Shown here in pieces: positions 19,385 through 30,172 of a stretch of 64,000 bases of DNA. Each line of letters opens with the position of its first letter. The stretch's first letter is position 1. The DNA lies in assembly GCA_964460605.1 (NCBI GenBank), contig CAYWPT010000001.1, positions 33,548 to 97,547 of the forward strand. The letters are read 5' to 3'. A program made the position numbers and the translations under genes. The notes under the pieces were generated by a model. That model had not been told where the DNA came from and made no database searches. It saw only the letters and a program-made list of their open reading frames with translations. Source of the DNA: an uncultured Methanosarcinales archaeon. GTDB taxonomy: Archaea; Nanobdellota; Nanobdellia; Woesearchaeales; GW2011-AR9.

Positions 19385-21645
19385 TCTTCATCAAAGAAAT
19401 CAGTCAATCTAGTTGCAATAGTCTTTCCAATACCTTTTATTTTTTGCATGTCTTCGGAGCTAGAATTTACTAGATTTTTTACAGAACCAAAGTGTTTGAG
19501 CAGAGTTTTTGCTGTACCCATACCAATATTTGGCATAGCTGCTACAAGATATTCTTGCTGTTCTTTTGCTGAAGCCGGTTTGCTTGTATGTGGGTTGAAG
19601 AATTTTGAGCCTGCCTTTCCTTGCTCACGTTTTGCCATCACCATAAGAAATTCCGCAGTATCTCTAGGATTCTTAGTATGAATAATTGGAATATTGTAAC
19701 CTAAAACGATAGAGGCCATTGCGCCTCTGATTGCATTTGGATGCACATTTCTTTGTTGGTACAAATCTTCTTCACCTTCAACAATAACCAATGATTGTTC
19801 AAAATGTTCTTTCATCTGTTTCATCTGTTGCATTAATCTTCCATCTAGAATTGAATTGACAAAATCTGGCACTTTTTTTAGCTCAACTGCAACCTTTCCT
19901 GAAACAATATAATCTGCGCAGTTTAATTGAGTAGATTCTGCATGCACGCCCATGCTAAGAAGTTCTTTGAGAATTCTGTTATCTTTTTCTCTATGATCTA
20001 CAAGGATTGCTAGGTTTTGATTCTCAGCTTGTTTCTTCTCAACTTTAGCTTCAGGAAGCTTTTCTGGAATGAGTTGCTTCTTAGGCTTATCAATCTCTTT
20101 TGCTGTTGAGAATTTGTCTAAAGTAGTATTAGTATCTAAAGCGGAGAGATCTTTTTTGAGTTTGTCTAAAACCCTATACATTGTCTTTTCTTTGTGAAAA
20201 GCAGCCCACCTGTATGCTTCATCACGAGTTCCTTTGACATACATAACTTTGACTGCTCCTTCTTCGAGTCTACCTGTACGTCCTCTTCTTTGGATGTTTC
20301 TAATAGCGCTTGCTGTTGGTTCGTAAAAAATAACTTGGTTTACCTTGGGGATATCTAATCCTTCTTCAGCTACTGAAGTTGCAACAAGAACTTGGAATTC
20401 TCCTGCTCTAAATTGATCCAAAACTTCTTTTTGTTGTTTTTGACTCAGACCAATACCATTCTTCTTTGCTTGACCCACAAAAATTTTGTGTTTGATGGCC
20501 AAAAGTTCTAAGTTTGCAGCAATTTCTTGTGCAGAATCTCTAAAGTTAGTAAAAACAATAATTTTTGTATCAGGAGTAGTAGCAACTTCTTTGAGGATTA
20601 ATTCGTTGAGCTTTTGAGTTTTAGGATGTTGCACTTGTCTTTCAATTAAACTCTTTGTAAGATAATGCGCAGCTTTAAAATTAGGATCTATTGCTAAATT
20701 TTTTACAGCTTTAGTTTTACTTTTGTGCGCTTGCTCAAATAATTTGTTCATGTAAATATCTAAAGGTCTGATTCCTTGGCATTCTAATAATTCTAAAGCG
20801 TGTTCAGCTTTGAGTGCTTCTGCTAAAAGTGAAAGTGATTTGAGCGCATCATAATTAACCGCTTCTCTTCCTAATTGAGATTGAATTAATTTCTGGATTC
20901 TAAGCAATTGGCCTTTGTTCAAATTGATTGTCTTAATGAAACCTAAAGATTTGATTTGTTTAAGCTTTTTTTGAACAACTATTTTAAGTTCATGATGCAC
21001 TTTCTTTAACTCTTCAGGGAATTTTAATTCGATCCATTCAGTTTCTGTTTTTTGCACGTAAGGTTTTACATCGGGATCATTATTTGTCCTCACTTCAACC
21101 TTTTCGATTTTAAGATTCTGACAGATCTCTCTAATCTTTTCTGCATCTGCTCCAGGTGATGCTGTTAAGGCGAGGATTCTTTTGTTTATTGCAGTTTTAT
21201 CATAATGTTCTGCTAGCCAAACATAAGAGTAATCTCCAGTTGCATGATGACATTCATCAAATACTAATAATGAAACTTCTTTGAAAGTAATTCTTCTGTT
21301 AATCACATCGTTTTCAAAACCTTGTGGAGTTGAGATAATAACTTGAGCATCTTTCCAGAGTAGTTGTCTTTTTGCAGAATTGATTGCTCCCGTAAAGACT
21401 ACAATGTTTTCTTGTGGAATGTCTAAGTGTTTGATGAATGTAGACTTATGTTGGTCGCATAGAGGCTTTGTAGGTGCAAGCATAAGAATTTTAGAATTTG
21501 GATAAGTTTTGAGTCTTTGAGTGGCTAGCAGAAGTGCTATTGCTGTCTTTCCCATACCTGTTGGAAGTACTGTTAAAGTGTTACTTTTTACAGCTGTACC
21601 TAAAATTGTTTGCTGGTATAATCTTGGCGTGAAATCTGTGAGCAT
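19375..21645 (-). CDS. hef: Hef helicase/nuclease (SF2 DEAH helicase plus ERCC4 nuclease plus HhH)
   Basis: LPTGMGKT, DECHH, LTASPG, QRRGRTGR, VDHRE...ADYIV...VELKK, HhH repeats. Confidence 0.95.
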   Translation of the reverse strand: MLTDFTPRLYQQTILGTAVKSNTLTVLPTGMGKTAIALLLATQRLKTYPNSKILMLAPTKPLCDQHKSTFIKHLDIPQENIVVFTGAINSAKRQLLWKDAQVIISTPQGFENDVINRRITFKEVSLLVFDECHHATGDYSYVWLAEHYDKTAINKRILALTASPGADAEKIREICQNLKIEKVEVRTNNDPDVKPYVQKTETEWIELKFPEELKKVHHELKIVVQKKLKQIKSLGFIKTINLNKGQLLRIQKLIQSQLGREAVNYDALKSLSLLAEALKAEHALELLECQGIRPLDIYMNKLFEQAHKSKTKAVKNLAIDPNFKAAHYLTKSLIERQVQHPKTQKLNELILKEVATTPDTKIIVFTNFRDSAQEIAANLELLAIKHKIFVGQAKKNGIGLSQKQQKEVLDQFRAGEFQVLVATSVAEEGLDIPKVNQVIFYEPTASAIRNIQRRGRTGRLEEGAVKVMYVKGTRDEAYRWAAFHKEKTMYRVLDKLKKDLSALDTNTTLDKFSTAKEIDKPKKQLIPEKLPEAKVEKKQAENQNLAILVDHREKDNRILKELLSMGVHAESTQLNCADYIVSGKVAVELKKVPDFVNSILDGRLMQQMKQMKEHFEQSLVIVEGEEDLYQQRNVHPNAIRGAMASIVLGYNIPIIHTKNPRDTAEFLMVMAKREQGKAGSKFFNPHTSKPASAKEQQEYLVAAMPNIGMGTAKTLLKHFGSVKNLVNSSSEDMQKIKGIGKTIATRLTDFFDEDYK

Positions 21646-21724
21646 ATGGTTTTAAGAGAAAAGAAGTATAAAAAAGCTTAGTGAGTTTGACCAGTGTGGG
21701 TAGTGGGAGAAATTTGATTAATTA

Positions 21725-22099
21725 TTAATTCTTACGAGTATACTCTACCCTACCAGCAGAAAACTCATTACAAGTTTCCCCATCAAATAAAATTGTATAT
21801 CCCCTTCTTGTACCAGGGTTAAATAATCTAGATCTAGAATCAGAACTATCAAGATGAGTATTTAATCTTTGGATACCAGCCCTAATTGATTGTTTTGAAG
21901 CGCTTCTACCTACATATTCACCATATGCTTCACATAATTCATCCACAGATACTAAATTTCCGCTTGTTTCTTCTCTTTTGGATAAAATATGATTATAAAT
22001 AAAAGTAGCAAGGCCCTTTGGAAGATTTAATTTATTTTCTTTTGACCTTCCTTTTTAGAACTTTTCTTAGAATCTTCTTTGCTAATTTCTTTTTTCATG
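21725..22099 (-). pseudogene. Frameshifted winged-helix-like protein
   Basis: ATG 22099 frame (MKKEISKEDSKKSSKK) stops early. A second frame opens near the A5 run at ~22052 and reads GRSKENKLNLPKGLATFIYNHIL...VSVDELCEAYGE...SIRAGIQRLN...RRGY. Confidence 0.5.
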
Positions 22100-22264
22100 A
22101 ATATCTAATGTAATTTGTTATTCTTAATAAACTTTTCACTTTTTTTATTCCTTGAGAAATTAATATAAATTTTATGAAAATTATTTAAAGAAAATTAAAA
22201 TTCTGTCTCTTTAAAGGTTGTGAAAATCTTTTAGCAAAGACAATTTTGCCAATTATTCTCTTCT

Positions 22265-23059
22265 CTAATGTGCATGGCCATGACCAACTTCAAATAATAA
22301 CAAGGCTGCCATCACAGTGATACCTAAAACAAAGACAAACAATTGCATTAAAGATACTTTCAAAGCGCCCTCATGTTTGAGTTCAGGAACTAAATCCGCC
22401 ATTGCAATGTAAATGAATCCACCTGCCGCAAAAGGCACTAAAAATACTTCTACATGCTCAAAAACATTCTGTAATAATAAAGCGCCAACTGCGCCGATAA
22501 CTGCTACTAAACCGCTTAAGAAATTGTAGAATAATGCTCGTCCTCTTGAATAGCCACTATGAATTAAAACCCCAAAATCACCAATCTCTTGTGGAATCTC
22601 GTGCAAAAGTACAGCAACAGTTGTAGCAATACCTACAGGAATGCTTACTAAATAACTTCCTGCAATAATAATACCATCAATAAAGTTATGCGCCCCATCT
22701 CCAATCAAATTCATTTTTCCAAAACTTTCTGCATGTTTATGATGTTTTTCATGATCATGATCAGTATGGTGACAGTGGTGCCACTGAATAACTTTTTCTA
22801 CAAAGAAAAATGCCACGATACCTAACAATAAGCTCATTGAGATTTGTAGAGTAAAACCACCTACTTCTTCAACAATCTCAGGTAATAAATGAATAAAGGC
22901 ATCACCAATTAATGCGCCTGCTGAAAAGCTTACTAGATATAATAAAAATTTTCTTAATTTGTCTAATTGCCAAGATAAAGTGAAAATACCAATAAGAGAA
23001 ATTGCACTTACAATAAAAACACTCGCCAGAGTATAAATCCATACTGTTGCACTAATCAT
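22265..23059 (-). CDS. ZIP-family metal transporter
   Basis: AFIHLLPE, His-rich loop HHCHHTDHDHEKHHKH, HNFIDG, HEIPQEIGDF. Confidence 0.95.
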   Translation of the reverse strand: MISATVWIYTLASVFIVSAISLIGIFTLSWQLDKLRKFLLYLVSFSAGALIGDAFIHLLPEIVEEVGGFTLQISMSLLLGIVAFFFVEKVIQWHHCHHTDHDHEKHHKHAESFGKMNLIGDGAHNFIDGIIIAGSYLVSIPVGIATTVAVLLHEIPQEIGDFGVLIHSGYSRGRALFYNFLSGLVAVIGAVGALLLQNVFEHVEVFLVPFAAGGFIYIAMADLVPELKHEGALKVSLMQLFVFVLGITVMAALLLFEVGHGHAH

Positions 23060-23096
23060 TAAGAAAAGAAAAGCGTAAAGTATTTATAAAAGTTGC

Positions 23097-23111
23097 TGAT
23101 AACCATTATCA
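23097..23111. promoter_or_regulatory. Fur-box-like operator (7-1-7)
   Basis: TGATAAC-C-ATTATCA, one mismatch to TGATAAT-n-ATTATCA; between TATA box 23083-23090 and the Fur-family ATG. Confidence 0.75.
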
Positions 23112-23117
23112 ATAAGC

Positions 23118-23480
23118 ATGGTAAGGATGACTAAACAAAGAAAGGATTTGTACTCTAGTTTGGAGGGTTTTAGCTCTTTTTTCAATGCTGAAGAGCTTTT
23201 TGAAAAAGCTTCTAAAAAAAATGAGAAGATAGGCATTGCAACTGTCTACAGGTTTCTTAAAAAGTTGGTAGAAGATCATGAGTTACATTCTTATACTTGT
23301 GAGGGGAAAACAATTTATTCAAAAAATAAACATAACCATTGTCATTTCATTTGTAAAAAATGTGGGAAGAAAGAACACATTGATGTGAAAAAGTTAGATT
23401 TTCTAGAGAAAGGAAAAAAGAAAGTTTGTCATTTTCAAATTGATATCACTGGAACCTGTGAAGATTGTGTTAAGCGTTAG
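23118..23480 (+). CDS. Fur/Zur-family transcriptional regulator
   Basis: RMTKQR, GIATVYRFL, HCHFICKKCG, GTCEDC. Confidence 0.93.
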   Translation: MVRMTKQRKDLYSSLEGFSSFFNAEELFEKASKKNEKIGIATVYRFLKKLVEDHELHSYTCEGKTIYSKNKHNHCHFICKKCGKKEHIDVKKLDFLEKGKKKVCHFQIDITGTCEDCVKR

Positions 23481-23979
23481 TTTGCAATTCTAAAAACTTC
23501 TTTAGATAATAAGCATCTCTTAAAATTATGAATTTTCCAGCATAGCTTTCTGGATTTCCATTTTTTACTAAACTGAGTGCTTCTTCTGGTTTAACCCAAA
23601 CTACTTCAAATCCTAAAGAGAGTTCTTTTTCTGTAAAGTTGGGTTTCCCTTCTTCTAGAAGTTCAGCACTAAAACAATGAGATGTTTGTACTAATTGATG
23701 ATGGCTCCTGTGTTCAAGTATCTCACCAATTTCACTATTAACTTTCACTTTTGAACCTACTTCTTCAAGAATTTCTCTGTGAAGAGCATCAATGATTGTT
23801 TCTCCTTCATCAACACCACCACCAGGGAGTTTGTAATAATTATCTTTTGTTACATGCAGAAGTGCAACTTTGTTTCCATTTTTGATTACTGCTCTAGCTG
23901 CTGTCCGAGGTTTATTTTTTACATCACCTTTCACTTCTGCGCCAACATCTTTATCACTGATCTCAAGAATTTTTTCCAT
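23470..23979 (-). CDS. NUDIX hydrolase
   Basis: LPGGGVDEGETIIDALHREILEEVG Nudix box. Confidence 0.92.
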   Translation of the reverse strand: MEKILEISDKDVGAEVKGDVKNKPRTAARAVIKNGNKVALLHVTKDNYYKLPGGGVDEGETIIDALHREILEEVGSKVKVNSEIGEILEHRSHHQLVQTSHCFSAELLEEGKPNFTEKELSLGFEVVWVKPEEALSLVKNGNPESYAGKFIILRDAYYLKKFLELQTNA

Positions 23980-23985
23980 TTTACA

Positions 23986-24285
23986 CTAATAATTTAACTC
24001 ACTTTTAATTATTTCCTTCAAATCTTCCACATTTCTAATCTCTTTAAAGAACCGACCGGAAGGATAGACTACAGCTACACCGCCTTGAGCATGACAAAAA
24101 CCCAAACAATGTGTTTTAGTCACGTAAACTGCATTAGCCCAGCCTTTAGAAAGTACCCATTGCTTCAATTCATGTACCAAAGAAGCATCCACGCCATGAG
24201 CGCAACTGTTGCTCCCCACAGAAGATCTATTGTTTATACAAACAAATAAGTGTACTTGAGGTTTTGAAAAAGAAATTTTTTTCAT
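23986..24285 (-). CDS. Thioredoxin-like [2Fe-2S] ferredoxin
   Basis: HLFVC...SC...THCLGFC..G.VAVVYP. Confidence 0.88.
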   Translation of the reverse strand: MKKISFSKPQVHLFVCINNRSSVGSNSCAHGVDASLVHELKQWVLSKGWANAVYVTKTHCLGFCHAQGGVAVVYPSGRFFKEIRNVEDLKEIIKSELNY

Positions 24286-24302
24286 TTTTAGAAAAAGAAA
24301 AA

Positions 24303-24602
24303 TTAAAGTTCTTGCTCACCAGTCAAGGTAACAATTCTTGTGTTTTCATCAAAATCTACAACTAAGTGTAATAAATTGTTGATAACTAAATCATTACCCA
24401 TTAGATAAAAACTTACATTTGCTAAATCACGCAGACGAAGCTTGACTACATCTTCAACTTCTACAGTCTTAAAAGGTACCTTGGCTTTTAAGTGCGGGTT
24501 ATTGGTCTCGAACAATGCAATTACGGCAGTCCAAAGACCATCTTTGTCTTTTCCAGGTTTTCTACTTAAAACCACACTTTTTGCTTCGTATTTTTCTGCC
24601 AT
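24303..24602 (-). CDS. Hypothetical protein (beta-rich)
   Basis: 99-aa ORF in a tightly packed operon. Confidence 0.65.
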   Translation of the reverse strand: MAEKYEAKSVVLSRKPGKDKDGLWTAVIALFETNNPHLKAKVPFKTVEVEDVVKLRLRDLANVSFYLMGNDLVINNLLHLVVDFDENTRIVTLTGEQEL

Positions 24603-24605
24603 AAG

Positions 24606-25001
24606 CTACTTGAGGAAGCTCTCACTTTTAAAGATTACTAAGTATTCTTTCATATGGAGCCAATAGCTTAAAAAGAAAAAGAAAAGGAATAAAAGTATCA
24701 CAAATATCCTACTATGATTAAAACTCCCGGCAACAAAACCGATAATAAAAGCTAAAATTGCTAAAACTGAAGCTAAAATTGATTGTGTCCTTCGCTTAAC
24801 ATAGTAAATTCTTCCAAAAAGAAAAGCAAAGAGTGAAATTACGAAATAAGCAACAAAAGGATATTCTAAACGAAAGGCAACAACAAAACCGCCAAACAAA
24901 AGAAATAATGCAAAAAGTTCCCCCCAACTCTTGTGAAAGTTGAGCCCATCAATATGTTTATCTATCTTTGTATTAAGAAACTTTCTTATCATGCCCGCCA
25001 T
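24606..25001 (-). CDS. Hypothetical 4-TM membrane protein
   Basis: Four hydrophobic helices; coupled to flanking genes. Confidence 0.7.
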   Translation of the reverse strand: MAGMIRKFLNTKIDKHIDGLNFHKSWGELFALFLLFGGFVVAFRLEYPFVAYFVISLFAFLFGRIYYVKRRTQSILASVLAILAFIIGFVAGSFNHSRIFVILLFLFFFFLSYWLHMKEYLVIFKSESFLK

Positions 25002-25717
25002 AGTGTAGTTATAACTCCTGTGATTCCACCGATTGCAATCAAAATGATTAAACCAATTTTAGTTCCTGATAATAATAACAAACTTGTCAAAGCTAAAGCA
25101 ATCCAATTTACCCCATACAAAAAGCGTGAACCAAAGAAAATTTGTATACCATCAAAACGAGGTAGTGGTAATAACATAGAAACACCCATGAATAAATTCA
25201 TCATCATTCCTGTTCTAAAAAAGAAACTTTCTTGGAAAACGTATAACAAAATTCCAAAAGCTGTAGCTAAAGTTAAATTAGCCCATAAACCCCATGATGC
25301 AATTTGAGCGTTTTCTTCAAAATTAAAACCATAAAAGAATTTACCAATACGTTGCCTAGTCATAAAAGTACTTGTTGTTCCACCTGCAAAAATAAATGGA
25401 AGATAACCAAAACTAAGCAAGGATAAAATGATTGAGGCAATTACTCCTTCCCACCATACTTGGAAACGTACAAGATAGCCTAATTCAATCCCTACAATTT
25501 TTTGTAATGAGATTCTAAAAAAGAAAGTCAAGAATGCTAAAATAGTTGCTAAGAAGAAATATCCTATCCATGAAAGTACCCGGAAATCCTCTCCAGGAAA
25601 ATTGATTGAGAAAATAAAACCGAAGGCTAAACAAGTTAATACTAATGGATAAAATTCAGATTCCCTGAATCTAAAAAATTTCTTTAACTTTGCGCGACTT
25701 TGATAGCGTCCTTTCAT
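24989..25717 (-). CDS. Site-2 protease (M50)-like membrane protein, apparently lacking HExxH
   Basis: IASWGLWANL and MLLPLPRFDG resemble the S2P AGP..N and NLLP..LDG motifs. Confidence 0.6.
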   Translation of the reverse strand: MKGRYQSRAKLKKFFRFRESEFYPLVLTCLAFGFIFSINFPGEDFRVLSWIGYFFLATILAFLTFFFRISLQKIVGIELGYLVRFQVWWEGVIASIILSLLSFGYLPFIFAGGTTSTFMTRQRIGKFFYGFNFEENAQIASWGLWANLTLATAFGILLYVFQESFFFRTGMMMNLFMGVSMLLPLPRFDGIQIFFGSRFLYGVNWIALALTSLLLLSGTKIGLIILIAIGGITGVITTLWRA

Positions 25718-25751
25718 AAGCTAAAAGAAGTATTATAGCATATAAAAAGAT

Positions 25752-26807
25752 TTAGTTTTTTTCTATAAGATAGAATTTGTATGCACTCTGCCCTTTGTGC
25801 AATTCTTTGTCCTTAATTATCTTAAATTTGCTTCCTACCACTAAATCAAAAACAGGTCTTGTCAAAAAAGCAACTTTCCCACCTTTTTTCAAAACTAAAG
25901 CTAATTGGTAATATAATTCATTTAATCTTTCTTCATCCCTTCTTCCCATTAAGACAAAGATCTTATCAATACTCTCATGCTGAATTTTTACTTCTAAATC
26001 ATCTAAACGCACTTTCATTATTTCTAATGCTTCAGAAATGCCTGCAATCTTCGCATTATTTTTTGCAGAACGTAAATTCCCCATGGACTCTTCAATAGAA
26101 TACACTTTTTTCTTAATTTTTTTCTCTATCTCTTTACCTTTCTCTAAACAAAATCCTTCCATTCCCCTTAGAGGAAAATCATTTTGATGAGCAGCTGCTT
26201 CAATTGATAAAGTTGCATCCTTAGCAAACAAAACTAAACATTTTTCATATTTATTCAATTCAGCTTCACGAATTAAAGCGTAGGCAAAATCTCCCCTAAA
26301 TGAAGCTTGATGCGCATAGACACGATATTCTCTTTGGTCTAAATCTTCTTTGTGTACACGTAAAGAGAGTAAATATTCTTCACCAGTAAAGTATAATTGA
26401 AAAACAAAATCATATTCTTTGAAATCAACTTTAAGCTCTTTTCCTAACTCTTTACGAAAGCTGTTTCCAATAATTGGATACAAATCTTTACCTAAAGCAA
26501 TTCTGTTTTCATTCCCTTTTACATTCAAGTATTTGATAGTAAATTTTGCTTCTTCTTTTCCAAGAACATCTTTTAATCCAGATAAATCAATTTTCAAATC
26601 TTTTGCTTCTTTTGCTTTTCCTAGAAAAATTCCAAGAGAAGTTGAGGATTGTAGTCTTTGAAATAAAGTACATAATTGAGAAAGTTTAGTATCAAAAAGT
26701 ACTACATCACTAATCAATTCAGCATCTTTTCCTAGAATTTCTTTAAGTTCTTCTAAAGCGTAAGTTCCAAAGCCAGTATGTGCACAAGCAATTCCTTTAA
26801 TTACCAT
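25752..26807 (-). CDS. THUMP-domain RNA methyltransferase-like protein (Trm14/RlmL family), degenerate
   Basis: DLDQREYRVYAHQASFRGDFAYAL, TLSIEAA, AKNNAKIAGI. Confidence 0.7.
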   Translation of the reverse strand: MVIKGIACAHTGFGTYALEELKEILGKDAELISDVVLFDTKLSQLCTLFQRLQSSTSLGIFLGKAKEAKDLKIDLSGLKDVLGKEEAKFTIKYLNVKGNENRIALGKDLYPIIGNSFRKELGKELKVDFKEYDFVFQLYFTGEEYLLSLRVHKEDLDQREYRVYAHQASFRGDFAYALIREAELNKYEKCLVLFAKDATLSIEAAAHQNDFPLRGMEGFCLEKGKEIEKKIKKKVYSIEESMGNLRSAKNNAKIAGISEALEIMKVRLDDLEVKIQHESIDKIFVLMGRRDEERLNELYYQLALVLKKGGKVAFLTRPVFDLVVGSKFKIIKDKELHKGQSAYKFYLIEKN

Positions 26808-26854
26808 TCTAAAAAATCACCACCATGATTTTTTGTCGACAAATAATATTTTTA

Positions 26855-29404
26855 TTATTTGCCATTTTGATTGAGACCTTCGTTAAATTCTTTATCCATC
26901 CTATAGGCCTCTTCTAATAATTCCGCAGTGATCTCTCTTGGAAGTTCCACATCTTCTTCTTCAGCTTCTTCTTCAGCACCGATAATTGCTGCTGCTGCTA
27001 CAATATCGCTCTCTTTCATACGCATAACACGTACACCTTGTGTAGCTCTACCAATTTTAGATACATTTGCACAAGCTACTCTGATTGCAATACCATGTTT
27101 GGACATAACCATTAAATCTTCTGAACCATCAACTACTCTTGCTACAACAGCAGGACCATTTTTCTCAGTAGTTTTAATGTTAGTTACACCCTTACTTCCC
27201 CTATTACAAAGTCTGTATTCACTAATATTTGTTCTTTTTCCATAACCTTTCTCAGTAATAGTTAAAATTTCTTTAGCATCATCTGCTGCAAGTAAACTGA
27301 TTACAGAATCACCTTCTTCTAATCGCATACCACGTACACCACGAGCTGTTCTCCCCATAGGACGCACATCGGTTTCCCTGAATCTGCTCGCTCTCCCATT
27401 TTTACTTGCTAAAATAATTTCTTGATCGCCAGTTGTGTAACGTACACCAACTAAACTGTTCCCTTCTTCAATATCAATTGCTCTAATTCCACCTTTTCTT
27501 GGTCTTGAAAAGAGTGCTAAATCAGTTTTCTTTACAGTTCCATTTTTAGTAGCCATGAATAAATAGCCCTCTTCGAAATTACGTACTGGAACAATTGCAG
27601 AGATGTTTTCTCCTTCTTTTAATTCTAATAAGTTTGCAAAATGTCTTCCTTTAGCTTGTCTGCTTCCTTCAGGTATTTTGTATACTTTGAGCCAGTGTAA
27701 TTGACCACCATCAGTAAAGACTAATAAATAAGCATGGGTTGAACAGATGTATACTTTTTCCACAAAGTCTTCATCTTTCATTCCAGTAGCAATTACTCCT
27801 TTACCACCACGGTTTTGAGTTCTATAGGTATCTAAAGGTAAACGTTTCATGTAACCACCATGAGTTATGGTAACTACTTGATTAGTTTCTTCAATAAGGT
27901 CTTCAATATCTAATTCGTCGCTTCCACCAATAATAATTCTTGATCTTCTTTCTCTAGAATATTTCTCTTTGATTTCTACAGTTTCATCTTTGATGATTGC
28001 ATCAATTTTCTCAGGTGATGCTAGAATCTCACGTAAACCTTCAGCAACAGTGGTAAGTTCGGCATGTTCATTCTTTACTTTTTCTTGCTCTAAAGATGCT
28101 AATTTTTGTAAACGCATCTCTAAAATTGCTTTTGCTTGAATTTCTGATAAGGTATAATTTTGCATTAAATGAGCTTTAGCATCATCAACAGTTTTACTAT
28201 TTCTAATCGCAGGAATAATAGCATCGATATTTACTAAAGCTACTAATAAACCATCAAGAACATGTAATCTTGCTTCTGCTTTCTTTAAATCATAAGCAGT
28301 TCTTCTTTTTACAACTTCTCTTCTATGGAGGATATGTTGTATTAAGAAATCTTTTAACCCTAATAGTTTAGGTTGATTATCAACTAAAGCAAGCATGTTG
28401 AGACTAAATGATGTTCGTAGTCTGCTGTATTTGTATAATTGGTTTAATACAACTTGACCATCAGCGTCATTTTTTAGATCAATAACAATTCTGATACCAT
28501 CTCTATCTGATTCATCATTGATATTTCTGATACCAAGAACTTTTTTATCTTTTACTAAATCTGCAATTTGAATAATTAAGTCTGATTTGTTTACTTGGTA
28601 AGGGATTTCGCTTACAATTAATTTTTTGTCTTGTACATCAACTACTGATTTCATGATCACTCGACCACGCCCAATTTCATATCCGTGTGCTAATTCGCTC
28701 CCTACATAGACTTCAGCACCAGTTGGAAAATCTGGACCAGGCACTAATTTATGTAATTCAGAAGTTTCGATTTCAGGGTTTTCCAAAATTGCTACAGTTG
28801 CATCACAAACTTCCCCCAAATTGTGTGGAGGGATGTTTGTTGCCATACCAACAGCAATACCAGAACTCCCATTAATCAATAAGTTTGGTAATTTTGAAGG
28901 AAGCACAGTAGGCTCTTTCAAACTTGCATCGAAATTATCTCTAAAATCGACAGTATCCTTTTCAATATCTTGGAGCATCTCCGAAGCAATCTTTTGGAGT
29001 TTTGCTTCAGTATACCTCATAGCAGCTGCATTATCACCATCAATTGATCCAAAATTACCTTGACCATGTACTAAAGGGTATCTGAGCGAGAATCCTTGCG
29101 CCATACGCACTAAAGAATCATATACTGCAGTATCACCATGCGGGTGGTATTTACCCAATACTTCACCAACAATTCTTGCACACTTTTTAGAAGGTTTATT
29201 GTAAGTCATACCCATATCATTCATAGCATAGAGAATTCTTCTATGTACTGGCTTTAATCCATCTCTTACATCTGGAAGAGCTCTGCCAACAATAACAGAC
29301 ATTGCATAAGTTACGTATGCTGTCTTCATCTCATCCTGAATCAATTTTGGGATGATTTTATCTGGCTTGTCCTCTTGTTGTAGTTCTTGGATTTCAGTCG
29401 ACAT
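26855..29404 (-). CDS. gyrA: DNA gyrase subunit A
   Basis: [28 protein letters not shown] catalytic Tyr, GyrA-box QNRGGKG, beta-pinwheel repeats. Confidence 0.98.
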   Translation of the reverse strand: MSTEIQELQQEDKPDKIIPKLIQDEMKTAYVTYAMSVIVGRALPDVRDGLKPVHRRILYAMNDMGMTYNKPSKKCARIVGEVLGKYHPHGDTAVYDSLVRMAQGFSLRYPLVHGQGNFGSIDGDNAAAMRYTEAKLQKIASEMLQDIEKDTVDFRDNFDASLKEPTVLPSKLPNLLINGSSGIAVGMATNIPPHNLGEVCDATVAILENPEIETSELHKLVPGPDFPTGAEVYVGSELAHGYEIGRGRVIMKSVVDVQDKKLIVSEIPYQVNKSDLIIQIADLVKDKKVLGIRNINDESDRDGIRIVIDLKNDADGQVVLNQLYKYSRLRTSFSLNMLALVDNQPKLLGLKDFLIQHILHRREVVKRRTAYDLKKAEARLHVLDGLLVALVNIDAIIPAIRNSKTVDDAKAHLMQNYTLSEIQAKAILEMRLQKLASLEQEKVKNEHAELTTVAEGLREILASPEKIDAIIKDETVEIKEKYSRERRSRIIIGGSDELDIEDLIEETNQVVTITHGGYMKRLPLDTYRTQNRGGKGVIATGMKDEDFVEKVYICSTHAYLLVFTDGGQLHWLKVYKIPEGSRQAKGRHFANLLELKEGENISAIVPVRNFEEGYLFMATKNGTVKKTDLALFSRPRKGGIRAIDIEEGNSLVGVRYTTGDQEIILASKNGRASRFRETDVRPMGRTARGVRGMRLEEGDSVISLLAADDAKEILTITEKGYGKRTNISEYRLCNRGSKGVTNIKTTEKNGPAVVARVVDGSEDLMVMSKHGIAIRVACANVSKIGRATQGVRVMRMKESDIVAAAAIIGAEEEAEEEDVELPREITAELLEEAYRMDKEFNEGLNQNGK

Positions 29405-29538
29405 TTTAGCTAATTATTTTTGAGAATTGCGATCTAAATAAGGCCCCTTTTTCTCTATAAAATAGGATAATTCCAACTTTATAAAGCTTATGGTGATCTT
29501 TTACAACAGTAGAAAATAGATAAGAAAAAGTGACTATT

Positions 29539-30171
29539 TTACTCCACTTTTCCCATAGCTTCTTTGATAGCTGACTCACTCTCTTCTGTCTTTTCCTGCT
29601 CTGCTGCAAGACGTTCGGCTTCATCAATTTCTTTATTGATTTCTTCAGCTTCACGCAAAATTTCTTCAGGAATTTGTTTCAAGAATGCATCTTTAGCTTC
29701 TGCGCTTGGCAGATCAAAATATGCAAAGAATTTTGGAGTTAATTTGATTTTAAAAGTTCGACCAAATTTTTCTTTAGCGATAAAACCTTGTTCCATAAGT
29801 GCTTTCATATGCTCGTATGCAGCTGCACTTCGCAATTTAATTACTTCACTTTGCACAACTGGGTATCGCCAAGCGATAACTGCGAGAGTGTCCATTAATG
29901 GTCTTTCTAATTCTGTGGATGAGACAATACTGCTCACCAATGGAATAAATTGATCTTCTACTGTTAATTTCCAAGAATTTTCTTTTTGAGTAATTTGTAA
30001 GGAGTTGTCTTGTGAGGCGTAATCACTTTGGAGCTCTTTGATAAGTTTCTCAGTTTTCTTTGCATCAAGTTCACATAAACTTGCTACTCTCTCAGTAGAA
30101 ATCTCTTTACCTACAGCAAAAAGGATTGCTTCTACTTTTTTCTTACTCACACCAACACCTTCTTTAGTCAT
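29539..30171 (-). CDS. scpB: SMC-Scp complex subunit ScpB
   Basis: VEAILFA, TLAVIAWRYPVVQSEVIKLR, LTPKFFAYF; start ATG 30171. Confidence 0.92.
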   Translation of the reverse strand: MTKEGVGVSKKKVEAILFAVGKEISTERVASLCELDAKKTEKLIKELQSDYASQDNSLQITQKENSWKLTVEDQFIPLVSSIVSSTELERPLMDTLAVIAWRYPVVQSEVIKLRSAAAYEHMKALMEQGFIAKEKFGRTFKIKLTPKFFAYFDLPSAEAKDAFLKQIPEEILREAEEINKEIDEAERLAAEQEKTEESESAIKEAMGKVE

Positions 30172-30172
30172 T

